This document shows, in pieces, positions 1 to 9,586 of a stretch of 64,000 nt of DNA. The translations under genes were made by a program, and so were the position numbers. Position 1 is the stretch's first letter. Each line of letters opens with the position of its first letter. Below the pieces are notes generated by a model that was not told the origin of the DNA, made no database searches, and saw nothing but the letters and a program-made list of their open reading frames with translations. Source of the stretch: a virus (Duplodnaviria > Caudoviricetes); the IMG/VR virus record IMGVR_UViG_3300029305_002203, positions 1 to 64,000 of that record. One strand, given 5' to 3'.

Positions 1-2
1 AT

Positions 3-176
3 GCGTTTGTTTTAGATGATTATGGTGTCAAAGGTGCTGTTATGGAGTACGGATGGGACGAAGATGCAGGTGAATTTGGAATTGTAGATACAAATGGATT
101 TGATGATTTTTATAGTATTGATAGCATTAGAGTTGTTGGAAATATCTATGAGAATAAAGATTTGATTACAAGATAA
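3..176 (+). CDS. YopX-family phage protein, C-terminal fragment (truncated by window)
   Basis: Frame 3 reads ...DSIRVVGNIYENKDLITR*; the VVGNIYEN..L ending is the YopX-family signature. Confidence 0.7.
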   Translation, partial: AFVLDDYGVKGAVMEYGWDEDAGEFGIVDTNGFDDFYSIDSIRVVGNIYENKDLITR

Positions 177-206
177 AATAAATCTTTGATAGGAGGTAAC
201 TAATAT

Positions 207-506
207 ATGTATAAATTATTTTCATTTCCAAATCCGGAAACTCATGCTCACGGAACTATTATTGGAATAAAGGATGAGGACGGGAAAGAGGTTGATGCAT
301 ATTTTAGAGATCAAAACGATGCATTTGATTACATTAAAACAAAATTAGAAAATGATGAACAGTATAAGAATTTCATTTCTCATCCAGAGATTTATGCAAA
401 AGATATTTATGATGCATTAGATGATTGGAATAAAGCAATGATACAAAAATCTTTGGTTAGCAAATATAAAAACCAATGTATGTATGAATATTTTATGAAG
501 GAGTAA
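207..506 (+). CDS. hypothetical phage protein
   Basis: ORF with AGGAGG SD. Confidence 0.75.
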   Translation: MYKLFSFPNPETHAHGTIIGIKDEDGKEVDAYFRDQNDAFDYIKTKLENDEQYKNFISHPEIYAKDIYDALDDWNKAMIQKSLVSKYKNQCMYEYFMKE

Positions 507-536
507 ATAAAAACAAAGTTTGATCAGGAGGATAAC

Positions 537-731
537 ATGACAGTAGGCGATTTAATTCATGAATTAAATAAATATGATAAAAGTAAGAAAGCTGTATTTA
601 GTGAATATGTTTTAAAGTCTATCGAAGGACTTAATTGTTATTGTCCAGAACCAAGAGACATAGCATTGGTAGATGATGAATTGCATGATGGATGTGTCAC
701 TTTGATTTTAGGCGTAGACACAATAGAATAA
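537..731 (+). CDS. hypothetical phage protein (MTVxELI-type small protein)
   Basis: ORF with AGGAGG SD. Confidence 0.7.
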   Translation: MTVGDLIHELNKYDKSKKAVFSEYVLKSIEGLNCYCPEPRDIALVDDELHDGCVTLILGVDTIE

Positions 732-750
732 CACTTTAATAGGAGAAATT

Positions 751-1071
751 ATGGTTGAAAAATATGTTTTAAAACACAGAAAAGATTCAGAGCCAATCCA
801 AGTATTAAAGTACACTGGCTGCAATTATGATGAAGTTATGGAGTTTATTGGTGATAGTTGGGGAGAGATAAAATATGTACCAAAAGAATGGTACGTTGGA
901 TTTGAAGACAATGTATTAGATTTTAAAGATGAAACCGGATCAATGTTCTGTTATGCCGGAGATTATATTATTAACGATAATAACAATGTACATTGTCTTC
1001 AGAAATTTTATCCATGTAGAAAACATTTATTTGAACCATATTATGAACCATATGATAAAAGCAGCATTTGA
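751..1071 (+). CDS. conserved phage protein (GDYII...FYPC..FE..YE family)
   Basis: AGDYIIND...FYPCRKHLFEPYYE motif common in phages; SD AGGAG. Confidence 0.7.
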   Translation: MVEKYVLKHRKDSEPIQVLKYTGCNYDEVMEFIGDSWGEIKYVPKEWYVGFEDNVLDFKDETGSMFCYAGDYIINDNNNVHCLQKFYPCRKHLFEPYYEPYDKSSI

Positions 1072-1085
1072 TGAGGAGGTGTGAA

Positions 1086-1487
1086 ATGATTACAAACCCT
1101 AGACATGGTTGGTGTAGTTTTGAATTAGGAGACTTTAAAGGTTCTCCAAGTTATTTAACAGACGTACCGGTTGAATTGTTAGATGCATTTCTTGATTACC
1201 ATACAAAAGGATATGGAGTAGCAGTTTTTGACGAAGAAGGATCTTATTTTACACTAGTTATGACAGCATATAATTGGGGAATATATATTATAGAAGAAAA
1301 GGATTATCCAAAGTTACATACTTTTGGTGATTTTGATGTTGATGATTTAAAAGAAGAACTGGTAAGAGATATTGAGAAAGATTTGAATGGTTGGTCTGAA
1401 TTTATTACAGATGATGACCCAGAAGAAATTGCACAACACAGAAATGAAATTCGACAGAGAATTGCAAGACTGAAACACAATTGGTAA
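1086..1487 (+). CDS. hypothetical phage protein
   Basis: ATG at 1086 after GAGGAGG. Confidence 0.75.
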   Translation: MITNPRHGWCSFELGDFKGSPSYLTDVPVELLDAFLDYHTKGYGVAVFDEEGSYFTLVMTAYNWGIYIIEEKDYPKLHTFGDFDVDDLKEELVRDIEKDLNGWSEFITDDDPEEIAQHRNEIRQRIARLKHNW

Positions 1488-1504
1488 ATCAGGAGGAAAG
1501 AACA

Positions 1505-1753
1505 ATGGTTGATTTTGATGATTATTTTGGTGGTTTAACCAGAGAAGAATATGAACAAGTATCTGAAGAACACTTCAAATATATTGACCATATATGCAAA
1601 TGTGATTATGAAAGAGCTTCATTGTTGTTAGATAAGTTCAAGGAAAATTTATTTGCCAGTGAATTTATTTCTGATGAAGAAGCAACAATGCTTTATCATA
1701 CAATTTTAAATTGGAAAGATAAATCTGAGATGTATGACGGCTTATGTGACTAA
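1505..1753 (+). CDS. hypothetical phage protein
   Basis: ATG at 1505 after AGGAGG. Confidence 0.7.
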   Translation: MVDFDDYFGGLTREEYEQVSEEHFKYIDHICKCDYERASLLLDKFKENLFASEFISDEEATMLYHTILNWKDKSEMYDGLCD

Positions 1754-1880
1754 ATGCAAAAATTAAAAACCCTTTAAAATAAGGGTTTTTCAAAGGTCAA
1801 TAAGTCAATAAAAACAGAATTTGATTCGGAGGTAAGAAGGAGGTGGAAAAAAAATAAAAATAGAAAATGTAAATATTGGA

Positions 1881-3245
1881 GTGCCGTATACTTACAAAGA
1901 ACTATGTGATTTGTTAGGTGCTAAATATACAAATGCGACTAATAAAAAGGTTGAATTTCTTGAAGAATTGGAAAGCTATTGTGAGTACGAAAGAGTTGAT
2001 AGTAAACATTTTATAATAACAAATATATATGATAATCCATTACCTACATTATGCAATGGCTATTATTACAAAACAATAATTATTCCAGTTAAGTGTTCAA
2101 AAGAAGATTATGATTACTTAATGCAATGTAGTAAATGGGCAGGAGATTGTTGGAATAAAATTGTAGAAGCAGATCATTCTTTCCATGAACAAAATGACAG
2201 ATGGATGAAAAAATGTGAGCTGCAAAATTTTGTAAAAGGATTAACTCCACTTCATGCTGTTGGTAATCAACACGTATATATTAAGTATGAAACTTCTCGT
2301 GATGCAATGTTTAGATCAATTGAGTCAGAACATAGTGGCAGCAACAAAGTAAGACTTCCATATAAAAAGAAAAAATATTTTGTAGTTGGTTGGAATGTTT
2401 TTTGTTCCCAGATTGATTATAAGAATCATATTTTAAAGCTTGCAAAGAAAGCAGATGAGAATAGAAGACAACAGAAACCTATTGTATGTTATTTTAAGAC
2501 AATGCCAAAGCATGTTGTTGAGATTGAGTTGATATACAGAAATGGTTTATGTTTAGCAATTAAATATAAAGAACCAAAAACAAATGATACCATCCAGTAC
2601 AATAATGTTGCTGCAATAGACCTTGGTGAAATACATAGTATCACTTCTATTGATAATAATGGTAATGCAATTATTATTACTGGAAGAAGGATTAGAAGTA
2701 TTAAAAGATTGCAAAACAAAGAACAAGCAAAACTTCGTAGTAAAAGAGATAAACTTACAAAAGGAAGTAGACAATATAAGAAATACAGTCGAGCCATATA
2801 TAAACTAAAGATAAAATCAGATAGGCAGATTTTGGACTGTGTTCATAAGATAAGCAAATTGTACTTAGATTATTGCATTGAAAATAATATCTCAAAAGTT
2901 TATTACGGAGACTTAGATTCTTGCACAAGAAATACAAAAGAAAGAACCGGTAAATTAGTAGGACAGAAGTTAAATGATTGGTGTTATGGATTGTTGACAC
3001 AGCAGTTGGAAAACAAATTGAGTAGATATGGTATTGAAATGATAAAGATTTCAGAAGCATATAGTTCCCAGACTTGTCCTCATTGTGGTAATAAGTACAA
3101 GCCAACTAATAGAAATTATCAGTGTAAATGTTGTGGATATGTACAACATAGAGATTTAGTTGGAGCGATGAATATTCTTAGCTTCAATGAAAAAGATGTT
3201 CATATTGAAAAGTATAGTAACTTAAAGTATCTACGTATTGCGTAA
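1881..3245 (+). mobile_element. tnpB: Solo TnpB RNA-guided endonuclease (IS200/IS605/IS607 superfamily, no TnpA)
   Basis: RuvC-I AAIDLGE, RuvC-II region YYGDL...ISEAYSSQTCPHCG, Zn finger CPHC/CKCC, RuvC-III HRDLVGAMNI; true start may be ATA at 1854 after AGGAGGTGG. Confidence 0.9.
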
Positions 3246-3357
3246 AGCAGAAGTAGTAGATGGGTAGGTTGGACTCCTAAGTAGTCTGGTTAAAATGTAA
3301 TCAGAAAGTACAAAATATTGTACACCCAACCAAACCAGAGTTTTATGAGTGCGAAGA

Positions 3358-3615
3358 TTATTCACACTCAGCTCTGCAATACATACCAAATCTATGTAAA
3401 CATATGTATTCATCAGAATCATGTGTTTTGATTTCGCAATCACCATACATTTGATGGCATTTGGAACAAGTAAACAGTAGTTCTTCCGAAAAAGGTAATT
3501 TTTTGCCATATTCATAAATTTCGTCATAGTCAGATAAGAATTCAAATAGTTCTTCTTCCGACATAGAATTGATGATGTTACATAAAGTGGTTTTAATTCT
3601 TTCAAGATTTGTCAT
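3358..3615 (-). CDS. small Cys-containing hypothetical protein, inverted relative to neighbours
   Basis: GGAGG SD upstream on - strand; possible own promoter at ~3645-3678. Confidence 0.65.
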   Translation of the reverse strand: MTNLERIKTTLCNIINSMSEEELFEFLSDYDEIYEYGKKLPFSEELLFTCSKCHQMYGDCEIKTHDSDEYICLHRFGMYCRAECE

Positions 3616-3721
3616 AGTTAAGTACCTCCGTATATGTTCTTATATGTATAGGATAGTATGTATTAGATGCCAAATCAAGAAAAATAGCTTTCCGATTTTA
3701 AAATTTAATAGGAGTGAGTTT

Positions 3722-3973
3722 ATGACAGTTGGAGATTTAATTAAAGATAAAAACTATGATTATATATCTTGGAGAGTAACATTGCCTGAAGATTTGGGTG
3801 GTGAAGATATATTCTTTGGCGCAGCTAAAAGTGAGAATGGTAAATTAATTTCTCTTGACGGAGACAGTTATTCAGAATGCACTGAAATTATTGGTTATGA
3901 AGAATGGGACAATCCGGAAGAAGGAATTAAAAACGGTCTTACAGTAATTTATAAAGGTGAATGGATGAGGTGA
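3722..3973 (+). CDS. hypothetical phage protein
   Basis: ATG 3722 after AGGAG. Confidence 0.7.
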   Translation: MTVGDLIKDKNYDYISWRVTLPEDLGGEDIFFGAAKSENGKLISLDGDSYSECTEIIGYEEWDNPEEGIKNGLTVIYKGEWMR

Positions 3974-3979
3974 TGCTTA

Positions 3980-4300
3980 ATGAAATGGAATGTGTATATC
4001 TATAATTTTAATCAAAATAGAATAGAGAAATACAACGTATTTAAACACGGTTCTTTTATGGAATATCTAAAGAAAGCTTGCGAAGAATGTAAAAGTAAAG
4101 ACATGCTCGCTGAAAAAATTAAGTCTGAATTGAGATATTATTTTTGGGCAAAAAGCCAATGGGAAATTATTATTTCTCCGTGGGTCGGCAAGTCAGAACC
4201 ATGCGATATAAAAATAGACGTGTTCGACCAGGTAATGATGAATTTTGATATTTTTGTGGATTATATTTGGAAAAATAGAAAGGAACTTTTAGAATTATGA
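3980..4300 (+). CDS. conserved hypothetical phage protein
   Basis: ORF with GAGGTG SD. Confidence 0.75.
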   Translation: MKWNVYIYNFNQNRIEKYNVFKHGSFMEYLKKACEECKSKDMLAEKIKSELRYYFWAKSQWEIIISPWVGKSEPCDIKIDVFDQVMMNFDIFVDYIWKNRKELLEL

Positions 4301-4467
4301 AAAGAATAATTAAAGTAACTGCTACTTACGATTTGAGTGATCCAAAATTTAAACAATTTCAGATTACTCCAAAAGAAAGAGTAAAAGAGATGATAGAAAA
4401 AGATGTTATACATGTATTTGCCGGAGAAGGATTTCGTGGTGTAGAAGTTGAAGTTATTGATAAATAA
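4297..4467 (+). CDS. hypothetical 56-aa protein (not in ORF track)
   Basis: MKRIIKVTATYDLSDPK...EVIDK*, ATGA overlap with previous gene, AAGGA SD. Confidence 0.6.
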   Translation: MKRIIKVTATYDLSDPKFKQFQITPKERVKEMIEKDVIHVFAGEGFRGVEVEVIDK

Positions 4468-4494
4468 AATCTTGGTTTGGTTAGGTGGTGAGTT

Positions 4495-4767
4495 ATGTTT
4501 AAAGTGATTGATATGTGTGATTGTATTCACGATGCATATGGAACATTTATTGATGAAGATGGAGATGTCCAGCTTATCTTATGTAATAGTTTTGGAGAGT
4601 TTTATAAAACCGATTCCATTAAAGGATATTATAAATTGTATGAAGAGTCTACAGAATATGATTTGCGTATTATCTTTCCGCAAACAATAGGGGATATAAC
4701 ATTTTATGATAGACATGAATTGATTGAATGGGTAATGAATCAACAAAAGATAAACAAGAATATATAA
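4495..4767 (+). CDS. hypothetical phage protein
   Basis: ORF with AGGTGG SD. Confidence 0.7.
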   Translation: MFKVIDMCDCIHDAYGTFIDEDGDVQLILCNSFGEFYKTDSIKGYYKLYEESTEYDLRIIFPQTIGDITFYDRHELIEWVMNQQKINKNI

Positions 4768-4798
4768 ATAAAAGAAATGTTTGATTAGGAGAAAAAAT

Positions 4799-5707
4799 AT
4801 GGGTAAGTTATATTTTTTGGTCGGACTCCCCGGTTCCGGCAAGAGTACATATGCAGAAAAATTGAAAGAAGAAGGAGTTATTATTCATTCTTCGGATGCG
4901 ATTAGAGAAGAGTTCGGTGATGTTAACGACCAGAGTAAGAATACAGATGTATTTACAATTCTTCATAGAAGAATTAAGGACGATTTAAGAGACGGTAAGA
5001 ATGTCTGCTATGATGCAACAAATCTCTCACGCAAGAGACGAGTGGCTTTTCTTCGAGAACTAAAGAACATTCCGTGTGAAAAAATTTGTATATTAATTGC
5101 TACACCGTTTGAGAGATGTTTATTACAGAACTTAGAAAGAGAACGTACTGTTCCTAGAGATGTTTTAGACAGAATGTATAGAAACTTTCAGATACCTTGT
5201 AAACAAGAAGGGTTTGATGAAGTTATTATTCATTATCTGAAAGAAGAATTTAAAGAGTATTATGGAGATGTTGCAGACCATGTGAATGGTTTGTGTGATT
5301 TTGAGCAAAATAATTCTCATCATGCACTTACTCTTGGCGAACATATGAAAGTGGCTGGCCGTTATATATCTTCAATCGTAAAAGAAGAGAACGACCTTGT
5401 TCATGCTACATATACACACGACATTGGTAAAGTTGATACTAAGGCTTTTATGAATGCTAAAGGAGAACCTATTGAAGAAGCACATTTCTACAATCATCAG
5501 AATGTTGGCTGCTATAAAAGTTTATTCTTTGGATACCCTTCATATATTAATAAAGAACATGTTGCATTATTAATTGAATTACATATGAATCCTTGGTTAG
5601 TTTGGGAACAGTCTGAGAAAGCAAAACAAAAAGAATTAGAGCTATTTGGTGAAGATATTGTCGCAGAAGTAGAGTTATTACATCAGGCAGATTTATATGC
5701 TCATTAA
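4799..5707 (+). CDS. polynucleotide kinase (AAA_33) / HD phosphoesterase, Pnkp-like RNA end-healing enzyme
   Basis: P-loop GLPGSGKS, DATNL motif, C-terminal HH..TLGEH...HDIGK HD domain. Confidence 0.8.
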   Translation: MGKLYFLVGLPGSGKSTYAEKLKEEGVIIHSSDAIREEFGDVNDQSKNTDVFTILHRRIKDDLRDGKNVCYDATNLSRKRRVAFLRELKNIPCEKICILIATPFERCLLQNLERERTVPRDVLDRMYRNFQIPCKQEGFDEVIIHYLKEEFKEYYGDVADHVNGLCDFEQNNSHHALTLGEHMKVAGRYISSIVKEENDLVHATYTHDIGKVDTKAFMNAKGEPIEEAHFYNHQNVGCYKSLFFGYPSYINKEHVALLIELHMNPWLVWEQSEKAKQKELELFGEDIVAEVELLHQADLYAH

Positions 5708-5729
5708 TTAAACTAATTAAAATAATAAC

Positions 5730-5758
5730 TTGACAAAGCAAAAGTTATCTGATAATAT
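5730..5758 (+). promoter_or_regulatory. sigmaA-type promoter flanked by two operator motifs
   Basis: TTGACA(5730)-17bp-TAATAT with TG extension. Confidence 0.75.
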
Positions 5759-5818
5759 ACAATTAAACTAATCAAAATAATAAATATGCAAGACAAAAAC
5801 AAGAGAGGAGATTCAAAT

Positions 5819-6421
5819 ATGTGTTACATTTTTGTTGACGGAGATATTTATCTTGGTATGAGTCAGAATAGTTATTTGCCTGTTAAGGATAAACTAAAAG
5901 CTAAAAGATTTCCGTCAAAACAATATGCAGAAAATATATTTAAAAGTAGTGTTCCTAAGATTTTGAAAAAAACTTATGATTGGAATATTGAAGAAGCAGA
6001 AGAATTAGAAGTTAATAGAAAAGTAAATGCTTCATATGTACATATAGATGTTACAGATTTGCAAACTATTATTAATGATTTATCCAATAAGATATCAACT
6101 TTACAAGGCAATAAAGAATGGCTTTTAGAACAAGAGTCGAATATTGATAAACAGATCAGTGATATCCTACACTTTATTGAGTTTGAAAAATTCTCTGCAT
6201 CTGAAGGTTTTAAATTGTGTAAGGCTTTAAAAGAGTTGAGATTAAAGAGAAGAGATGTCAAGAACGAACTTGAGATTATTGGTATTCTAAATTCACATAC
6301 ATGCAACAATATTGCTAACGGACATACGAATAAAGCTATTTCCGGAATTGAGAATAAACAATATACTCCTAGAGTATTAACTGAATTATTTGAAAATAGG
6401 AATATAAATGATTTAATTTAA
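5819..6421 (+). CDS. hypothetical coiled-coil phage protein
   Basis: ATG 5819 after GAGGAG. Confidence 0.75.
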   Translation: MCYIFVDGDIYLGMSQNSYLPVKDKLKAKRFPSKQYAENIFKSSVPKILKKTYDWNIEEAEELEVNRKVNASYVHIDVTDLQTIINDLSNKISTLQGNKEWLLEQESNIDKQISDILHFIEFEKFSASEGFKLCKALKELRLKRRDVKNELEIIGILNSHTCNNIANGHTNKAISGIENKQYTPRVLTELFENRNINDLI

Positions 6422-6452
6422 AAATTAAACTAATCAAAATAATAAAATACTA

Positions 6453-6481
6453 TTGACAAGAGTTTTCTGATATGATAATAT
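6453..6481 (+). promoter_or_regulatory. sigmaA-type promoter flanked by two operator motifs
   Basis: TTGACA(6453)-17bp-TAATAT with TG extension. Confidence 0.75.
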
Positions 6482-6583
6482 AACAATATCGAAACTAATC
6501 AAAATAATAATTAGTAAAGATAACAAGAGTTTTCTTGTGTAAAACCTTCCTTTCTAAAATGGCAGTGTTAAAGCTGCCAACAT

Positions 6584-6655
6584 TGGGCTATCGCCAAGCG
6601 GTAAGGCACAGGACTTTGACTCCTGCATTCGTTGGTTCGAATCCAACTAGCCCAG
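6584..6655 (+). tRNA. trnQ: tRNA-Gln(TTG), CCA not encoded
   Basis: Acceptor TGGGCTA/TAGCCCA, anticodon arm CAGGA-CTTTGAC-TCCTG, T-loop GGTTCGAATCC. Confidence 0.95.
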
Positions 6656-6696
6656 TTTCTATAAAATTCGCATAAATAATTAATAGGAGGTATATT

Positions 6697-8736
6697 ATGG
6701 AATTTGTAGCTATGAGAGACAAGTTAATGGAGAACTTCGCAGAGATGACAAAGGATGTAACACATTTATTTGAGGTAAATGTTGATAAGGATGAAATGTG
6801 GAATCTTTATCTGGATAGTTTTCCGGCTGGCACAAATGAGATTTACAGAGAGCGCCGAGAACATGATTGTAGTTGTTGTCGTCAGTTTATCAAAACTATT
6901 GGTAATGCAGTTGTAATCAAGAACAATAAGATTACAACCATTTGGGATTTTAATACAGACGATAGTACATATCAGCCAGTGTTAGATGCTTTAGCAGCTT
7001 TCATTAAATCTCACGCAGTTTCAGATATTTATGTAAGTAAGTTTAAAAAGATTGGAACTTTGCAGAATTATGAAGAGATGGAAAACGGTCATATGCACGA
7101 ATGGAGTCACTTCTTCTTAGAACTTCCTGATAAGTTTGTAGATAGAAGTAACCGTTCTGAGGGTGATATCAAAGGTGGTTTAAGAGATACAAAAAATGTA
7201 TTCAAACGTTCTCTTGATGAAATTGATATGGATTCACTTGATACAATTCTTGAACTTATTACATCAAACACTTTATATAAGGGAGAAGAATGGAAGGGTG
7301 CTTTAACTGAGTTTCGTAAGTATAAGAAAGAATATGACAAACTCACAACTGAAGAAGAGAAGAATAATTTTGCATGGGAACAGTCTGTAAAAGTTGGCAT
7401 TGCAATTGGCAGAATCAGAAATCACAGTATTGGTACTCTGCTTGTAAATGTAAGCGAAGGTATGGATTTAGATACAGCAGTTAAGAAGTATGAACAGATT
7501 GTTGCACCTAGCAATTATAAACGTCCAAAAGAAATCTTTACAAAGAAAATGTTAGAAGACGCAAAGAAGACCATTGAAGAATTAGGATATATAGATTCTC
7601 TTAGTAGAAGATTTGCTACTCTTGATGATATTACAGTAAATAACATCTTATTCTCTAATAAAGATTCTGCTAAGAGAATTGGTGGTATGGATGACATATT
7701 TGGTGAGATGGAAAGAGAAGTTATTTCAAATCCTAAGAAGTTTTCTAAAGTAGAAGAAATTCCAGTTGATAAATTTGTATCTGATGTACTTCCAACTGTC
7801 AGTGAAGTAGAAGTTTACTTTGAAAATAAGCATACAAACAATATGGTTTCACTTATTGCACCTGAAAATAGAGATGCAAAGACAATGTTTAAGTGGAACA
7901 ATAATTTTGGATGGGCTTATGCCGGCAACATGACAGACTCTATGAAGGAAAGAGTAAAGGCGGCTGGTGGTAAGGTTGATGGTGATTTGAGATTTTCTAT
8001 TCAGTGGAATGAAGATGGAAAAGATAATTGCGACCTTGATGCACATTGTAAGGAAGCAACTGGATTTGAAATTTACTATGGAGATAAGTATTCAAGATAT
8101 ACAAATGGCAGACTTGATGTTGATATTATTCATCCAGACGGAAATATTGCGGTTGAAAATATCACATGGGCAGATAGAAGAACTATGAAGACTGGCAAGT
8201 ACTTATTCTTTGTACATCAGTTCTCAGGAAATGCAAGAAATGGATTTAGAGCAGAGATTGAGTTTGACGGGCAGATTTATTCATTTGACTACAATAAGTC
8301 AATGAGAAGTGGAGAAAAAGTAAATGTAGCAGAAGTTACTTATAATGCAGATGGAACATTTACAATTAAGGAATTATTACCTTCTAACTTATCATCTAAG
8401 GACGTTTGGGGAATAAAGACAAATCAGTTTGTACCTGTTTCTGTTATTTGTTATAGTCCGAATTGGTGGGATACTGATAATGGAGTTGGCCATAAGCATG
8501 TGTTCTTTATGCTGAAAGATTGTATCAATCCTGAACAACCAAATGGTATGTTCAATGAATACTTAAAGGAAGAGTTATTGACACATAAGAGAGTATTTGC
8601 TGCGTTAGGTTCAAAGATGCATGTAAAAGATTCTGATGACCAGTTATCAGGCGTAGGTTTTTCAACCACCAAGAGAGATGAAGTAATTGTTAAGGTAAAA
8701 GGTAAGACTGAAAGAGTATTAAAGGTTAAGTTTTAA
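6697..8736 (+). CDS. conserved large-phage protein of unknown function (679 aa)
   Basis: HDCSCCRQF motif; C-terminal DLDAH...GRLDVD...VENI (YfaP/DUF2135-like). Confidence 0.7.
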   Translation: MEFVAMRDKLMENFAEMTKDVTHLFEVNVDKDEMWNLYLDSFPAGTNEIYRERREHDCSCCRQFIKTIGNAVVIKNNKITTIWDFNTDDSTYQPVLDALAAFIKSHAVSDIYVSKFKKIGTLQNYEEMENGHMHEWSHFFLELPDKFVDRSNRSEGDIKGGLRDTKNVFKRSLDEIDMDSLDTILELITSNTLYKGEEWKGALTEFRKYKKEYDKLTTEEEKNNFAWEQSVKVGIAIGRIRNHSIGTLLVNVSEGMDLDTAVKKYEQIVAPSNYKRPKEIFTKKMLEDAKKTIEELGYIDSLSRRFATLDDITVNNILFSNKDSAKRIGGMDDIFGEMEREVISNPKKFSKVEEIPVDKFVSDVLPTVSEVEVYFENKHTNNMVSLIAPENRDAKTMFKWNNNFGWAYAGNMTDSMKERVKAAGGKVDGDLRFSIQWNEDGKDNCDLDAHCKEATGFEIYYGDKYSRYTNGRLDVDIIHPDGNIAVENITWADRRTMKTGKYLFFVHQFSGNARNGFRAEIEFDGQIYSFDYNKSMRSGEKVNVAEVTYNADGTFTIKELLPSNLSSKDVWGIKTNQFVPVSVICYSPNWWDTDNGVGHKHVFFMLKDCINPEQPNGMFNEYLKEELLTHKRVFAALGSKMHVKDSDDQLSGVGFSTTKRDEVIVKVKGKTERVLKVKF

Positions 8737-8756
8737 GAAAAAAGGAGAATAAGATT

Positions 8757-9143
8757 ATGAATACAGAAAAGATTTTTGAGTATGCAGTTAGAAATAAGGT
8801 AAGATTTCCGTTTAAGGGAATGATTTCAGTAGAGGATCTGTGGGACTTATCTCTCACAAACCTTGACTCTATCTACAAAACATTGAATAAACAGGTTAAA
8901 CAGTCAGAAGAAGAAAGTCTTTTGAGTACAAAAGAGAGTGTAGATGTAGAACTTGAAGTACAGATTGCTATTGTAAAACACATTGTAACTGTTAAATTAG
9001 CGGAAAAAGAAGCTGCTGAGAAGGCATCTGCAAAGAAGGCTCAGAAGCAGAAGATTATGTCTATTATTGCATCAAAAGAAAATGAAGCATTACAGAATAG
9101 TTCTATTGATGATTTGAAGAAGATGCTTGAGGAATTAGACTAA
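8757..9143 (+). CDS. conserved phage protein, usual partner of preceding gene
   Basis: KVRFPFKGMISVEDLWDL motif; SD AAGGAG. Confidence 0.75.
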   Translation: MNTEKIFEYAVRNKVRFPFKGMISVEDLWDLSLTNLDSIYKTLNKQVKQSEEESLLSTKESVDVELEVQIAIVKHIVTVKLAEKEAAEKASAKKAQKQKIMSIIASKENEALQNSSIDDLKKMLEELD

Positions 9144-9222
9144 AACTAGTCAAAATAATATTAGCTTTCATAAAACCTCCTCTTTAAATATAACCGAGCT
9201 AGGCGGTATATCCTAGCAAAAC

Positions 9223-9296
9223 GGACACTTAGCTCAGTTGGTTAGAGCAACCGGCTCATAACCGGTAGGTCTTGGGTTCGAGTCCCAAAGTGTCCA
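9223..9296 (+). tRNA. tRNA with CAT anticodon (probably Ile2, possibly Met)
   Basis: GGACACT/AGTGTCC acceptor, ACCGG-CTCATAA-CCGGT anticodon arm, GGTTCGAGTCC; resembles Firmicutes tRNA-Ile2. Confidence 0.9.
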
Positions 9297-9586
9297 TTGG
9301 GGCAACAGACTACATACTGAAGTGACTTCACAATTCTTCAAGAGAAAGAATTGGTCGGGAAGCAGACGTAGCTTTGACTTTTCAAGTGGTTTTCAATATG
9401 AAAATGACTCCTTACTGTGATTAGGTGGAGAAAATAACAGAGGCAGTGACTTACACTTGACCGTTACTCTTTTACAAATAGACACATAAAGAGCGTTTCA
9501 GTAAAATGTATCAGGCTTACGTTATAGTGCTGAATCATAATCCCCTTTCGCTGCAGAGTCTGGGGTCTGTACAGAGACAAGAATAT

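Larger units (their letters stand above)
173..4785 (+). repeat. Dispersed 18-bp gene-junction motif ATAAAA-N6-TTTGAT
   Basis: Copies at 173-190, 507-524, 723-740, 1055-1072, 1808-1825, 4464-4481 and 4768-4785; inverted copy at 3329-3346; perfect ATAAAA-N6-TTTTAT also at 37482-37499. Confidence 0.75.
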
